The translations under genes were made by a program, and so were the position numbers. The notes below the pieces were generated by a model. It was given only the letters and a program-made list of their open reading frames with translations, searched no databases and was not told the origin of the DNA. This document shows positions 28,643-40,256 of a stretch of 64,000 bases of DNA, in pieces. Positions within the stretch are counted from its first letter, which is position 1. Each line of letters opens with the position of its first letter. Source of the DNA: Chiloscyllium plagiosum (Eukaryota); contig NC_057718.1 in the NCBI RefSeq assembly GCF_004010195.1, positions 19,827,880-19,891,879 of the forward strand, given 5' to 3'.

Positions 28643-29194
28643 CTACAAAAAAAATAAGAAAGTGGTTTAAGCCTGTGGCGCCCAGCTTTACAATATTTTT
28701 ATGCCAAGATTACTGTGCGTTTGAAATGTTCAATCTCAAAAAAAAATTTCTTTTGTTTCCCAAATCCAGTGAAAAATTAAGAAATCAGTCCAAACCAGTC
28801 CAAACTAGGTTGTGACACGGCCAAATACTGAATTCAAATTTATTCCTAAGTGATTGTTTGTGTGTATGTAGATCCACTGGGAGTTGAGTTGAGACTTCCA
28901 AATTCACTTCTATTTTAAACTGGTAAGACAGAAAGGTAGCGGCCACACTCAGCAATCTGAACTCGCTGGGAAGCCAATAGCCCAAAGTTGAAGTTAGGAT
29001 GTGCTAATTTCCTCTGATGGCATCAGAAGGAGGCTGATCTTTATTTCAAACTAATTGCTTTGATAACTTCTGGCAATGTTGAATTAGCACAGATAAAGAG
29101 CCTGCACACATCAAGGAGTGTAATTCCTTTCAAAGGGATTGCATGGATCCTGTACTACAGTTAAGGCCCATGACGTAAAAGCATGTCACCACCA

Positions 29195-29530
29195 GGATTT
29201 GACAGGGTAAACACAAAGATAATTCCACTTGTGGGAGAAGAGGAGAACTGGGACCATAAATACAAGATAGTCACTAATATAAACAAAATGGAATTCAAGA
29301 TAAACATATTTTTATTCAGGGAATGGTTAGAATGCAGAACTCATTACCACAGGGAGCAGTTAAGATGAATGGCAAGGATTAATTTAAGAAGAAGTTAGGA
29401 TAGCACATGAGGAAGAAAGAAATTGAAGGTTATGTTGATACAGTTAGATCCAAAAAAGATGCAAGAGGCATGTATGGTGCATAAATACGAGCATGGACCT
29501 GTTGATATAATGGCCTGCTTCTGTGTTTCA
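29195..29530 (+). mobile_element. Old CR1 3' end
   Basis: GFDRVN..HKYKIV..FLFREW remnant. Confidence 0.55.
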
Positions 29531-30012
29531 AGCCTCTAATTTCTCAGTATTTTTAAATTGTACAACCTCTGAGGATATCTCCTCTTGATTCAATAACCTG
29601 AGTTGGAATGATCAAACCCATATTTCTTGATTGATGTTACACCTACCCCTGCACTTTTCACCAGGCTAGGAACCCATGCAAAAGGTTTCAGTCCTTCACT
29701 TGTGCTACTCTATGAAAATAAGACACTTCCAATTATCAGCTATGGTTTCTCCATCAGATGCAGAGAATAGCCATCTGAAAAGTTTGCTACAACTTATGGC
29801 ATCTTAGAAAAGATATGGTGAAATCATATCTTGGAAGGGGAAAAATTGCTATGTGGGAAAAGCAATGGAGTGAGACTAATTGGAAAGCTTTATCAAAAAA
29901 ATTGGCACAATCAGCTGAATGGCATCCTTTGGTTGCATCATTTCAGTGTATTTAAGTGCATCTTGGAAAAAGAGGTGCAAACAAAGCTGAAGCTGTTATG
30001 TTAACCAATCAC

Positions 30013-30187
30013 CTTTCTGCTTGATCTTCTGATGGACCATCAAGGTATGCCAAGAGCTGATTTTCCAAGTAGTTGTCAATAACTTCTCCAATGGCAACTT
30101 GAGCAGGAAAAATTTCCTGAATCCTTGGATTCAACAGAGTCCCTTTGAAGCTGCCCTCCAACAGTTGCTGCAGCAATAAGGTGCCTT
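30013..30187 (-). CDS. TTC27: TTC27 exon 2
   Basis: ttgcag|AA..AG|gtgatt; (E)GTLLLQQLLEGSFKGTLLNPRIQEIF...IDNYLENQLLAYLDGPSEDQAE(R); 175 nt, phases fit exons 1 and 3. Confidence 0.92.
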
Positions 30188-31519
30188 CTGCAATAGAAAC
30201 AGTCTATCACTAGTGAAGGTCAAGAAAGTGCAAAGCATTCAAAATGTGCAGGCTGACATCCGCAGTAACCACGACATTCAGCAATTACCGATCCAGCACC
30301 AATGCACTCGATGGGTAAAAGTAAATGGTGTGTGACCTTTATTAATCATCACAAAACAATTTTAATGCACTGGTGAGTAAAGGCTGAGTTTGCAGAATGG
30401 AGTCCCAAATCTGAGCATTTCATTTAAAAATGAGAACATTTGTTTGTAATATTCCTCACTAATTATCTCATCATTTCATCTCTTAAACACTATGCTGGAC
30501 TACAGTTTTATGGATGTGAGACAAGTTTATTCTCTACATGTTGGTCTAGACAGTGAGAACTAGTCAACGTTAAGGCAGGGTTGCACCTTAACAGAGCTTA
30601 ATCAGACCTTCCCGCAACACACACTCGTCTTTCCAGCAGAGGTCTCTGGAAAGTGATCAGGAGAAGGAATTCCAGCCTGTTCTTCTCCTTCACCACAATA
30701 CCACTCCCACTCCATCAACACCCCCACCCCCAACCCCCGCACCCACCCCACCCCCACTGCAAAAAAACTCAGCCGGTTTCACAGCATCTGTGAAGACAGA
30801 AACTGAGTTAAAATCTGTGATTTCAGCAAATTCAGCCCAGAATAGGAATTAATGTGGATTCCTTCAGTTCTACATGACTAGCTGCAGCATTTTTTACTAA
30901 GCGAATGGAATTTACTTTTAGATTTCTACTGAACCGCAAGCCACAATAAGAAACACCGAGAAGCAATAACAAAGGGAAGTATCCAGTCCCAGATATAAAA
31001 ACATCGATGTCATATAAACTGCTCCTATATATCTCGTTGAACACTGCCTCAACCTGTTCCAGTGTTTTCTACAGCAACAAATTACACCTGAAGGTGATAG
31101 CCAATTCACACATAGCAAAGTCTCACAGACAGATTGGTTTGTGTTGGTAATGACGGCAATGCAGCACTCCTTGAGTCATACTATTATAATCAAGCAACAC
31201 CCTTCCACTCCACCCCATTAACCCATCAAGCCAAAACAAAAATTAAGAGACTCAAATAGGCAGGTGCTTCGATCCAGCCCTGGTAAGTAATGAGTAGATA
31301 AAGAAACTTCAAAGGTGAAACAATTCCTGCTGTAGGTAATTCTTATTTGCACCTGATAATGAAACATTACATTGGTTTAAAATTCATAGCATCCCTCAAT
31401 AAGGCAGTTGCCACTGAACATAGTTAGTCTCTCTAAACCAACAATTATAGACAAATAGATACTTAAAACAGCAGCATATTATTTCATTTGGAGTGTATAA
31501 AATATGCAGGAACTTCAAA

Positions 31520-31965
31520 AACAAACAAAGAACTGTGGATGCTGGAAACTTGAAACAAAATCAGAATTGCTGGAAAACCTCAGCAGGTCTGGCAGCATCT
31601 GTGGAGAGAAAACAGAGTTAATGTTTCTGGACCAGTGACCCTTCTTCAGAACCGATTGTAGCTGGCAGAAGGTTGGTTTGTATACTGAACATACGGAGGG
31701 AGGAAAGGGGGAAGGAGTAAATGATAGATGGAAATGAAGCCCAGAGAAAGAGACAAACAGTTGGGCAGGAATGCATAAAGGTCAGCCTGGGAGAATGAAT
31801 AGCTGCTAACGGGGACCATTAGTGGCTGACAATGGGCTATTAGAGGTAGCAGCCCATTTGATGACAAGGCCTGGTGTCTGCGGGTTAGGGTAAGCTGGAA
31901 GAACACATCATTTTCAACTTTAGAACCCTGCAACCTTCTGGACTTAATACTGAATTCAATTTTAG
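31520..31965 (-). mobile_element. Penelope-related repeat with hammerhead-like motif
   Basis: Minus strand ttCTGAAGA-agggtc-actg-gtcca-GAAAC-ATT-aa at 31618-31651. Confidence 0.6.
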
Positions 31966-32089
31966 GGCTAGAGCACCATGGTCCATTTCCCATGTCCTTG
32001 TCCCAATCAGGATTTTTTAAATGTGTAAATCAATGTGATTATGGTGAGTTAAGACTCATTGAAAACTCAACCAGCCCAGCCACATAAAT

Positions 32090-32665
32090 ACTGTGGTTAC
32101 AGAAGCAAAAGACCGAGAATTCTATGGTAATCCACTCCCTCAAGGCCAGTCCACCATCTACAAGGAATAAATCAGGATTGTGATGCAATATTTTCCATTT
32201 GGTCAGATGACTTCAGTTTCAGCAACAGCCATGAAGCTTAAATCCATCCAGGACAAAACAGCTCATTTGATTGTTACCCTATGCACCACCACAACATTCA
32301 TTCCTTTCAACACCATTGGAGTGACCGTAGTGTGCTCTATCGACAAGATATATGACAACAATTCTACAAGACTCTTTCAACAGCACCTTCCAATGTGCGA
32401 ACTTCCTGGAAAAACAAAGGCAGATGCACATGAATACCACCAGTTGCAAACTGCTCTCCAAACTACACAACTCCCTGATTTGAAGTATAAGGTCATTCCA
32501 TTTATTGTTACAAATGAAAATCCTGGAGTTTCCTTCCTAATAGTACCACAGGAACCATATGAAGGCATCAGATCAAGACAGTGGCTCCACTAACATGTTT
32601 TCAAGAGCAATTAAGGACAGGCATCAAACATTTGACCTTGCCAGAGCTACTCCCATTCTCTGAAA
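32090..32665 (+). repeat. Old LINE 3' portion (CR1/L2 group)
   Basis: Diverged copy of the 21600-22015 family with upstream ORF2-like remnant. Confidence 0.55.
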
Positions 32666-34691
32666 AAATCTAAGATTTTATCCTGACCCTAAATGAGGGA
32701 TTAATAGTTTACAAACACAAACTCTTCGTTAAAAGTATTGTTTTATTCATCTATTTCGAACATTGCCAGGATTTCCACTTTTCTAATTGAACTCATAAAA
32801 TCCTGAAACTGAAGCAACCAAAGTGTCCCATTTAATTCTTGGCCCAGTATTTTATTTTGAACAAATTAACACCCACTTCTCTTGCTCTTATTTCTTATGT
32901 TCTTATAAATCTGTGGACAAATTAACTTCATACTATCTTCTAAGTGGTAGAGGTGGAGGATTTGGAAGGAGCTGATTAAAAAGCCATGGCAAGTTGCTGT
33001 GGAGCATTTTGTAAGTGGTAGACAGTGTCGTCACAGCTCCCTGGTGCTGGAAGGAATGAACACGACAGATTGTGCATAGGGTCCAATCAAGGGGACTACC
33101 TGCCTCACATGTGAAGACTCTTTGAGGGTTGTTGAAGATTCACTCATCTAGGCAAGGCTTGCTACTGTGCTCATAATACCGTCCAGTCAGATTTCAACAC
33201 AAGGATTCCCAAGTGCTGAGGATATTTCATGGTGCCTTAGTCAATCTCAGAGCTGTAGTGTCTGCCTTGCTTCTAATGAAGGTCATTTGATTTTGCTGGT
33301 AAGACTAACATTATTCTTTGTGCCTCACCATAAAAACATAACTCCAGCTCAATTCACTTCAAAGCCATTTACAATTTGTCACTTCATTTTTAAAAAGGAA
33401 ATATTTTCAAAATCTTCTACAATTCAACCTTGGAATTCAGCAACTTACACTTTTTTTTATTACAACTGATTGATAAGGTTGCTAAAACTGGATCCTGCTG
33501 ACGGAAAATGCAATAGGTAAGCATTTCAGTTACTCCTACATTTAAAGTATGCCTTAGTTAGACTTCATTTATAGCATACAGCACCTTTGCAGTCAAGTCT
33601 ACATTTACGGTTCAGGGAAGAAATACTGAAGTCTTATTTCCTTCATTTATTATGTTATTACATGGACATCAAGATGGAGCAAGGTCACTGATGGGAATAA
33701 AATAGCATTCACATTATTGGACAGTTAAGTGCTCCCAGATCAAGCCAGCCCAGCAGCAGAGAATGAAGTGCTTTATCAAGAATCTCTGTAATGATGATAA
33801 GGGTTTTTTTTTACAAAATGCCAAATCCAACCCCAGTGGAACCAAAGGGTGGAACTCAAAGGATAAAAAAAAGGGAGACTCTTCATGGTGAATTCAACTT
33901 CCTGTTATCAAAACTGCAATGCTAAAACTGTAGAATTGTTGTAATCTTTAAATCAGACTTCAGTTCAGATGAGATTCAGTAAGACTTAGAAGTAACTGGT
34001 CAGCTTTCAGAGTTTAAGAGGAAGTTAAAGATGCGGATTTCCGGAAATTTCTCCGGTTCCCAGAAGATAGCTTTTTAAGAGATCTCTGTAAGGTTGCTTC
34101 CTTTCCAGGAGAGAATGAAGGATTTTTTTTTGCTGCCAGCTTTTTGGAGATTTCCCCATCAATTAGCAGATAGGCGTGTACTGAAATGTTAGTTCAGAGG
34201 CTGGTGCTAGGTAATCTTGAGCATATAGCCTCCCAAATCAGTCCATCCAACAATTACAAGCCACAAAACACATCTCTTATCTCCCTTTAAAGCTTTAGCT
34301 TGCATTCTTTCCACAAAATCACCTGACCTTTTGTAAACAGTAAGTGAACCACAACACATTCCAGTATTTCCATTTTCAATAATTATTGCTTAACACCAAC
34401 TCCGAGAAATCATCTGGAAAAACCCTTTTCAATACAGTGTATAAATGTTCTAGTTCGTCAAAGTTCTTAATATAAATATATGTTCCCAACATGCGTCCAC
34501 TCTTGGGAAATGAAAAGCCATTTTCAAATATGATACAAACTTGACGATTTATTAAAAAATAAAAATTAGACTTGCATTCATTCATCTTTATTCACTCATT
34601 ATACAAGATTGTTACAATTTCTTGTCACCTTCTTAGCCCCAAACTATTCCAGTGCATTACATTCTTAATAATGCAATATTATCTTTATAGT

Positions 34692-35027
34692 GAGCGAGTT
34701 TTGAGAAGGTTTGTAGCTCAGTTTGAGGTTCTGGACATAGGTTTGCTCGCTGAGCTGGAAGGTTTGTTTTCAGACGTTTCGTCACCATACTAGGTAACAT
34801 CTTCGGCAAGTCTCGGACTGAATCACTCGTGGTTATGCCCGCTTTCTATTTATATGTTTGAGCTGCCTAGGGTTGGCAATGCCATTTCCTGTGGTGACAT
34901 CATTTCCTATGGTGATGTAATTTTCTGTTCTTTTTCTCAGGGGGTGGTAAAATGGGATTCAAGTCAACGTGTTTGTTGATAAGAGTTCCAGTTGGAATGC
35001 CATGCTTCTGGATATGCACGAGAATTC
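34692..35027 (-). mobile_element. Penelope-like element 3' end with hammerhead motif
   Basis: Similar to 38066-38340; GAAACGTC retained at 34773-34780 (minus). Confidence 0.85.
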
Positions 35028-35300
35028 CTACTTTACAGATTTAGTGAAGTCAGGGGCCTGTTCATTTGTTAGGACCATCTTCAGCTTCCCAGAAGTTGTT
35101 TGGAACTCTTGTGGCCATATTACACAGTCCGGTTTTTGTAATAAATTTGTTAGAGGTACAGCCACTGTCCTAAACTTTGACACAAATTTCCAGAGAAAAT
35201 ATGCAACTCCAAAAATCTCATGATTTCCCCAGATGCATTGGGAACAGGGAATTCTATCAAAGTCTTTATCTTTTACTGTCCTTGGCAATGCTTGCCGTAG
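35028..35300 (-). mobile_element. Gypsy RT thumb/connection fragment
   Basis: FVSKFRTVAVPLTNLLQK..W...APDFTKSV resembles 44200-44380. Confidence 0.6.
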
Positions 35301-35306
35301 TCCTGT

Positions 35307-35805
35307 GGTGAAAAGTGTGGTGCTGAAAAAACATAGCAGGCCAGGCAGCATCTGAGGAGCAGGAGAATCGACGTTTCAGGAATGAGGCTGATGTGTCAAG
35401 TGGGCTAAGGTAAAAGGTAGGGGGAAGGGAATTTGGGGGAAGGGTGCTGGGAAAACGAGGTGAGGGTGAGGGTGATAGGCTGGAGAGGGGTGGGGGAGGA
35501 GCTTCCTTATTTCCCCTCAGCACCGCCTTCTTGACCTGCAATCTTCTTCCCGACGTCTCCATCCCCACCCCCTCTCCAGCCTATCACCCTCACCCTCACC
35601 TCCTTCCACTTATTGTGTTCCCAGCGCCCCTCCCCCCTACCTTTTATCTCAGCCCGCTTGGCACACCAACCTCATTCCTGAACAAGGGCTTATGCCCAAA
35701 ACGTCGATTCTCCTGCTCCTCGGATGCTGCCTGGCCTGCTGTGTTTTCCAGCACCACACTTTTCAACTCTGGTCTCCAGCATCTGCAGTCCTCACTTTCT
35801 CCTAG
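35307..35805. mobile_element. Fold-back non-autonomous element with degenerate hammerhead motif
   Basis: 35309-35500 and 35570-35765 are inverted arms; cCTGAACA-a-GGGC-ttat-GCCC-AAAAC-GTC at 35678-35705. Confidence 0.75.
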
Positions 35806-37411
35806 TTGATCTAGCCCTGTGGTGCCCAAGGTAAGTTACCTTCACTTTACATAATTCACTCTAAGCAAAATTTATGACTATTTCAACTAATTTAAGACTT
35901 TAAGTAAGAATTCCAACTGTGTCACATGGCTCTTTCCAGGGATTGTTATACATTGATATGTCACTAGTTACAACTGGTTCATGAATCTGGAATGTAGTTG
36001 GAGTGTTTTTTTTGTGTTGCCGTAAGAACTTAATGTGCTACCTCCAGTATCTCAATGTCCATCTTCTTCTGCAGATTCTATAAGAATTGCTTCACTTTCT
36101 CATCAGAATTTGTACTTAAGTACAAATTGTCATGGGAATTCAGTGGGATTGAGGTCTCCAACTGAGAGATGCCAATGGATGTATTCCATCACCAATAACA
36201 TGCAGGACAGGAAATGTATTTAACAACCAGGCTGATGTGGTTATCTGATTTTTTTTATAATAACAGTTCACTCTGTTCTGATTTAATTTAACAATAAGCT
36301 TTTAATTGGGCTGGGATAGCAACAGTTTCTTTCACTTTATGTACTGGACATTTCTTTGTACAGGTACATTCTATGGCAGCACTCTGTTGCAGATTCTGCA
36401 GATCATGTGATAGAAACAAATTGTCAAATGGGTGTTGTGTGACATTTTCTGCTGTCCAACAAACATAAGCCTTTGGTGACTTGATTAATACTCAGGGTAG
36501 CTGTTAACCCTTCAAGCAAAGCATGGTTTCAGATTGTAAAGCAGCAAAAGAAAGCAACAGGCAGTTTACATAAGGAAAAGATTTTAAATTAAATAGCTCA
36601 AACCATGACTCAAGTCGACATGTTTATTTGCTTGAAAGGGCATTTTGCAAAACATCTCCATTTATTTGCGTCTAAGAACAATATTACTCGCTAAAACAAA
36701 TTATCTAAGTTACGAATACAGTTCAGCTTGGGAAACCTTACTGTCTGCAAGGTAGCTGCCACATTTGCTATATTACAATGGTGGCTATATCTTTAAAAGT
36801 ACCTATTTGCTTTTAAAGCTGATCGAAGATTGTAAAAGTTGCCATATAAATGTAAGATTTGATCTGTCTAAGTTTATATTTCAATAGTTTATCATCTCAT
36901 ACGAAAGCAGCAGTTCAATCAACCGAAGAACGAAAGAATCACATTTCTACAATAATTCTGTTCCACATCGCCACTCCTCTATGACTGGGCTCCAACCATT
37001 GACAAAATACAAAGACATATTAATTTAACTCACATTTCAGGGTCGGCTAAGTACAGATGCAAAAGAAGAAACCAGCTGTGCAGTTGGAAAAATGAGATAA
37101 TAACCCCCTATTTGTTTAATGAAAGTTGCAAAATTAGGTAACCTGGAAAAGTAGGCCAGAAATCGTGGTAAAAGTGCTGACCTATAATTTTTTTTCCCCT
37201 GTAATATACACTTGTGCATTTCAAGGATGTAAATCAACTGAAAGTGCTATTTTGCCAGGTGCTTGAAAGAATGGTTTCTTGTAGAGCTGTTCTTTTTTCA
37301 CCCTGCTTCTATTTCCCTGTACTAAATTTTATTTAAAGAAAGTAACATCCATCTGGTTTTCCAATGGCAGTTTCAAAAGTACCATCACCTTTAAAATTGC
37401 TGACATGACTG

Positions 37412-37880
37412 TTGTCAGGGTTGGAGGATTTGAGCTATAGGGAGAGGTTGAATAGTCTAGGGTTGTTTTACCTGGAGCATCGGGAGGCTGAGGGGTGACC
37501 TTGTAGTGGTTTATACAATCATCAGGGGCATGGATAGGATAAATAGACAAAGTGTTTTCCCTGGAGTAGGTGAGTCCAGAACTAGAGGGCATAGGTTGAG
37601 AGCAAGAGGGGAACGATATAAAAGAGACCTAAGGGGCAACTTTTTCACGCAGAAGGTGGTTCGTGTATGGAATGAGCTGCCAGAGGAAGTGTTGGAAGCT
37701 AGTACAATTGCAACATTTAAAAGGCATTTGGATGGGTATATGAATAGAAAGGGTTTGCAGGGATATGGGCCCGGTGCTGGCAGGTGGGACGAAATTGGGT
37801 TGGAATATCTGGTCAGCATGGACAAGTTGGACCGTAGGGTCTGTTTCCGTGCTGTACATCTCTGTGACTCTATGACTCTA
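37412..37880 (+). mobile_element. CR1 3' end
   Basis: RTRGHRLRARGERYKRDLRGNFFTQKVVRVWNELP; tail ctatgactcta. Confidence 0.9.
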
Positions 37881-39057
37881 CCATCCAAAGAGAAACAGGG
37901 CAGAATTTTACCCTGACCAGTGCTGCAAGATCATAAGACTCAGAAGAATTCAATCAAGTCTGCTCCAACATGCAATGGGATCATGGCTGATCTGACAATT
38001 AACTACACTTGCCTCCTTTTTCCCCCTTAACCACTGATGCATCCTACTAATTAGAAATCTGTCTGCGAGTTTTGAGAAAATTTGTAGCTCAGGTTGAGGT
38101 TCTGGATGTACGTTTGCTCGCTGACCTGGAAAGTTCGTTTACAAGTGTTTTGTCACCATACTAGGTAACATCATCAGTGAGAGCACTTGAGTTAGTGACC
38201 CGCTGCTTTCTATGTGTGTTCAGGCTTCCTGGGGTCAGTGATGTCATTTCCGGTTCTTTTTCTCAAAGTGTGGTTAATGGGGTTCCAAGTCGATGTGTTT
38301 GCTGATAGAGTTCCAGTTGGAATGCTTCTAAAAGTTCCCATGCATGTCTCTGTTATGGCTTGTCCTAGAATGGATATGTTATCCCAGTCAAAGTGGTGTT
38401 CTTCCTCATCCATATGTAGGGATACTAGTGAGACAGAGTCATGTCTTTTTGTGGCTAGTTGATGTTCATTTATCCTGGTGGTTAGTTTTCTGTCTGTTTG
38501 TCCAATGTAGTGTTTGTTACAGTTCTTGCAAGGTATTTTGTAAATGACAATAGTTTTGCTTGTTGTCTATATAGGGTCTTTCAAGTTCATTAGCTGCTGT
38601 TTTAGTGTGTTAGTGGGTTTGTGGGCTACCATGATGCCCAGAGCTCTGAGTAGTCTGGCAGTCATTTCTGTAATGTCTTTGATGTAGGGGAGAGTGGCTA
38701 AGGTTTCTGGACACGTTTTGCCTGCTTGTTTGGGTTTGTTACTGAGAAATCGGCACATAGTGTTCACTGGGTACCTGATCTTTTGAATACACAGTATGGG
38801 TAGGTTTCCTCTGCTCTTCATAGTTCCTCTGTACTGCAGTGTGTGGTGGATCATGAAAATAATGTCCTCTAGTCCAGACAAGAACGATTTCTTAGCAGCA
38901 TTAGAAACAACACTGAAAGACAACAAACTCGCAGAAGAAACCCAGCAAACCATTAGAGAGACAGTCGCACCAACATTAAGCAGGAACAAGGAAGGAAACA
39001 CACTCAATATACAAGAAAGGAAAGCTTGTGAAGGACTCAAAAAAGATAAAAACATTC

Positions 39058-39564
39058 TGTTATGAAGATGTGGATGTACTGTACCTTTAAAGAGAGTTAA
39101 AAGCTAGCAAAAACTACTTGACAGCACCAAGTGTTCTGAAAAAAAGATACAATGTAACATGTGCTCCAGCTACTGGGATAACTAGGGTAACTGGTTGTGT
39201 GGAAATGACAAAACAGATTCAAATTAGGCAAATCTGTTTAAATTATACCCTGAAAATACCAAAGTCCAATCTAGTTTGAATTGAGTATACTGACAATCTT
39301 AAAAGTCAATGACACAAACTGGGGGGGAGGGGTAAAGACCAGGGAAAATTGAACAGTTGGGAGGAGAACTGCCAGCTACCAGCATGTAAAGACTGTCTGA
39401 AAAATAGCTCTCTTAAAAGGTATCTTTACCGATCAGGTAAAGTTGTTAATTTTTACTTGAAATAGTTCTTGGCCTCTCGAATCTTCACAGATTGTGGCAT
39501 GGGATAAATCCTTTCTGTGTTTATGGTTTACAGTAAGCAGGAGAGTTTACCTTGTGTTATAACT
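39058..39564 (+). repeat. 5' LTR (about 215 bp shorter than the 3' LTR)
   Basis: Direct repeat of 44905-45626. Confidence 0.92.
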
Positions 39565-39567
39565 GTT

Positions 39568-39585
39568 TGGGGGCTTGTCTGGGAT
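39568..39585 (+). other. Primer binding site, tRNA-Pro type
   Basis: tgggggcttgtctgggat vs canonical TGGGGGCTCGTCCGGGAT; both mismatches are CpG-type C>T. Confidence 0.85.
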
Positions 39586-40094
39586 TTGAACTGGTTTAGA
39601 CAGATTTGAATAGATTTGGGGGTATGAAAAATCCCAGCAGATTTAAACACTTGCAGGTTAGTGTCCTAGGTCTTTAAATAAAATGTAAGTCAGACAATTT
39701 GTTTAACTACGGTGACTTGAGGTTGATTTAATTAAAATTGAGAGAAATGGCTCTTAAAATTGCTAGAGGTTCTGGGATTTGCCCAGAAAGTTAATAAGGA
39801 AAGAAAAAGGCTATACTTTACGAATTAGCAAATAAGCTAGATTTAGGTTTGACCAAGGACACAAGTAAAGCTGAAATTGTAAAGTAATTACTCAAACACT
39901 AATGTGTATCACAGAAACAGACAAGTGCAGTAGAGGTCGAGAAACTTAAATTACAATTGAGGAAAATGGAGTTAGAAGATAAAAACAGAGAGAAAGAAAG
40001 AAGAAAGANNNNNNNNNNNNNNNNNNNNNNNNNNNNNNNNNNNNNNNNNNNNNNNNNNNNNNNNNNNNNNNNNNNNNNNNNNNNNNNNNNNNNN

Positions 40095-40141
<47 letters not shown>

Positions 40142-40256
40142 AGAGAAGAGAGAGAAAACGAGAGAGGAGAGGGAAGAGAAAGAGAGAGAGAGAGGAAAAA
40201 GAGAGAAGGTTCTCAGCTGAGCAAAGAGAGACAGAGAGAAGAAAGGGAGAGACAAA
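40095..40256 (+). repeat. (AG)n / purine-rich tract in the gag coiled-coil region, beside a gap
   Basis: Directly visible; encodes RE repeats. Confidence 0.9.
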
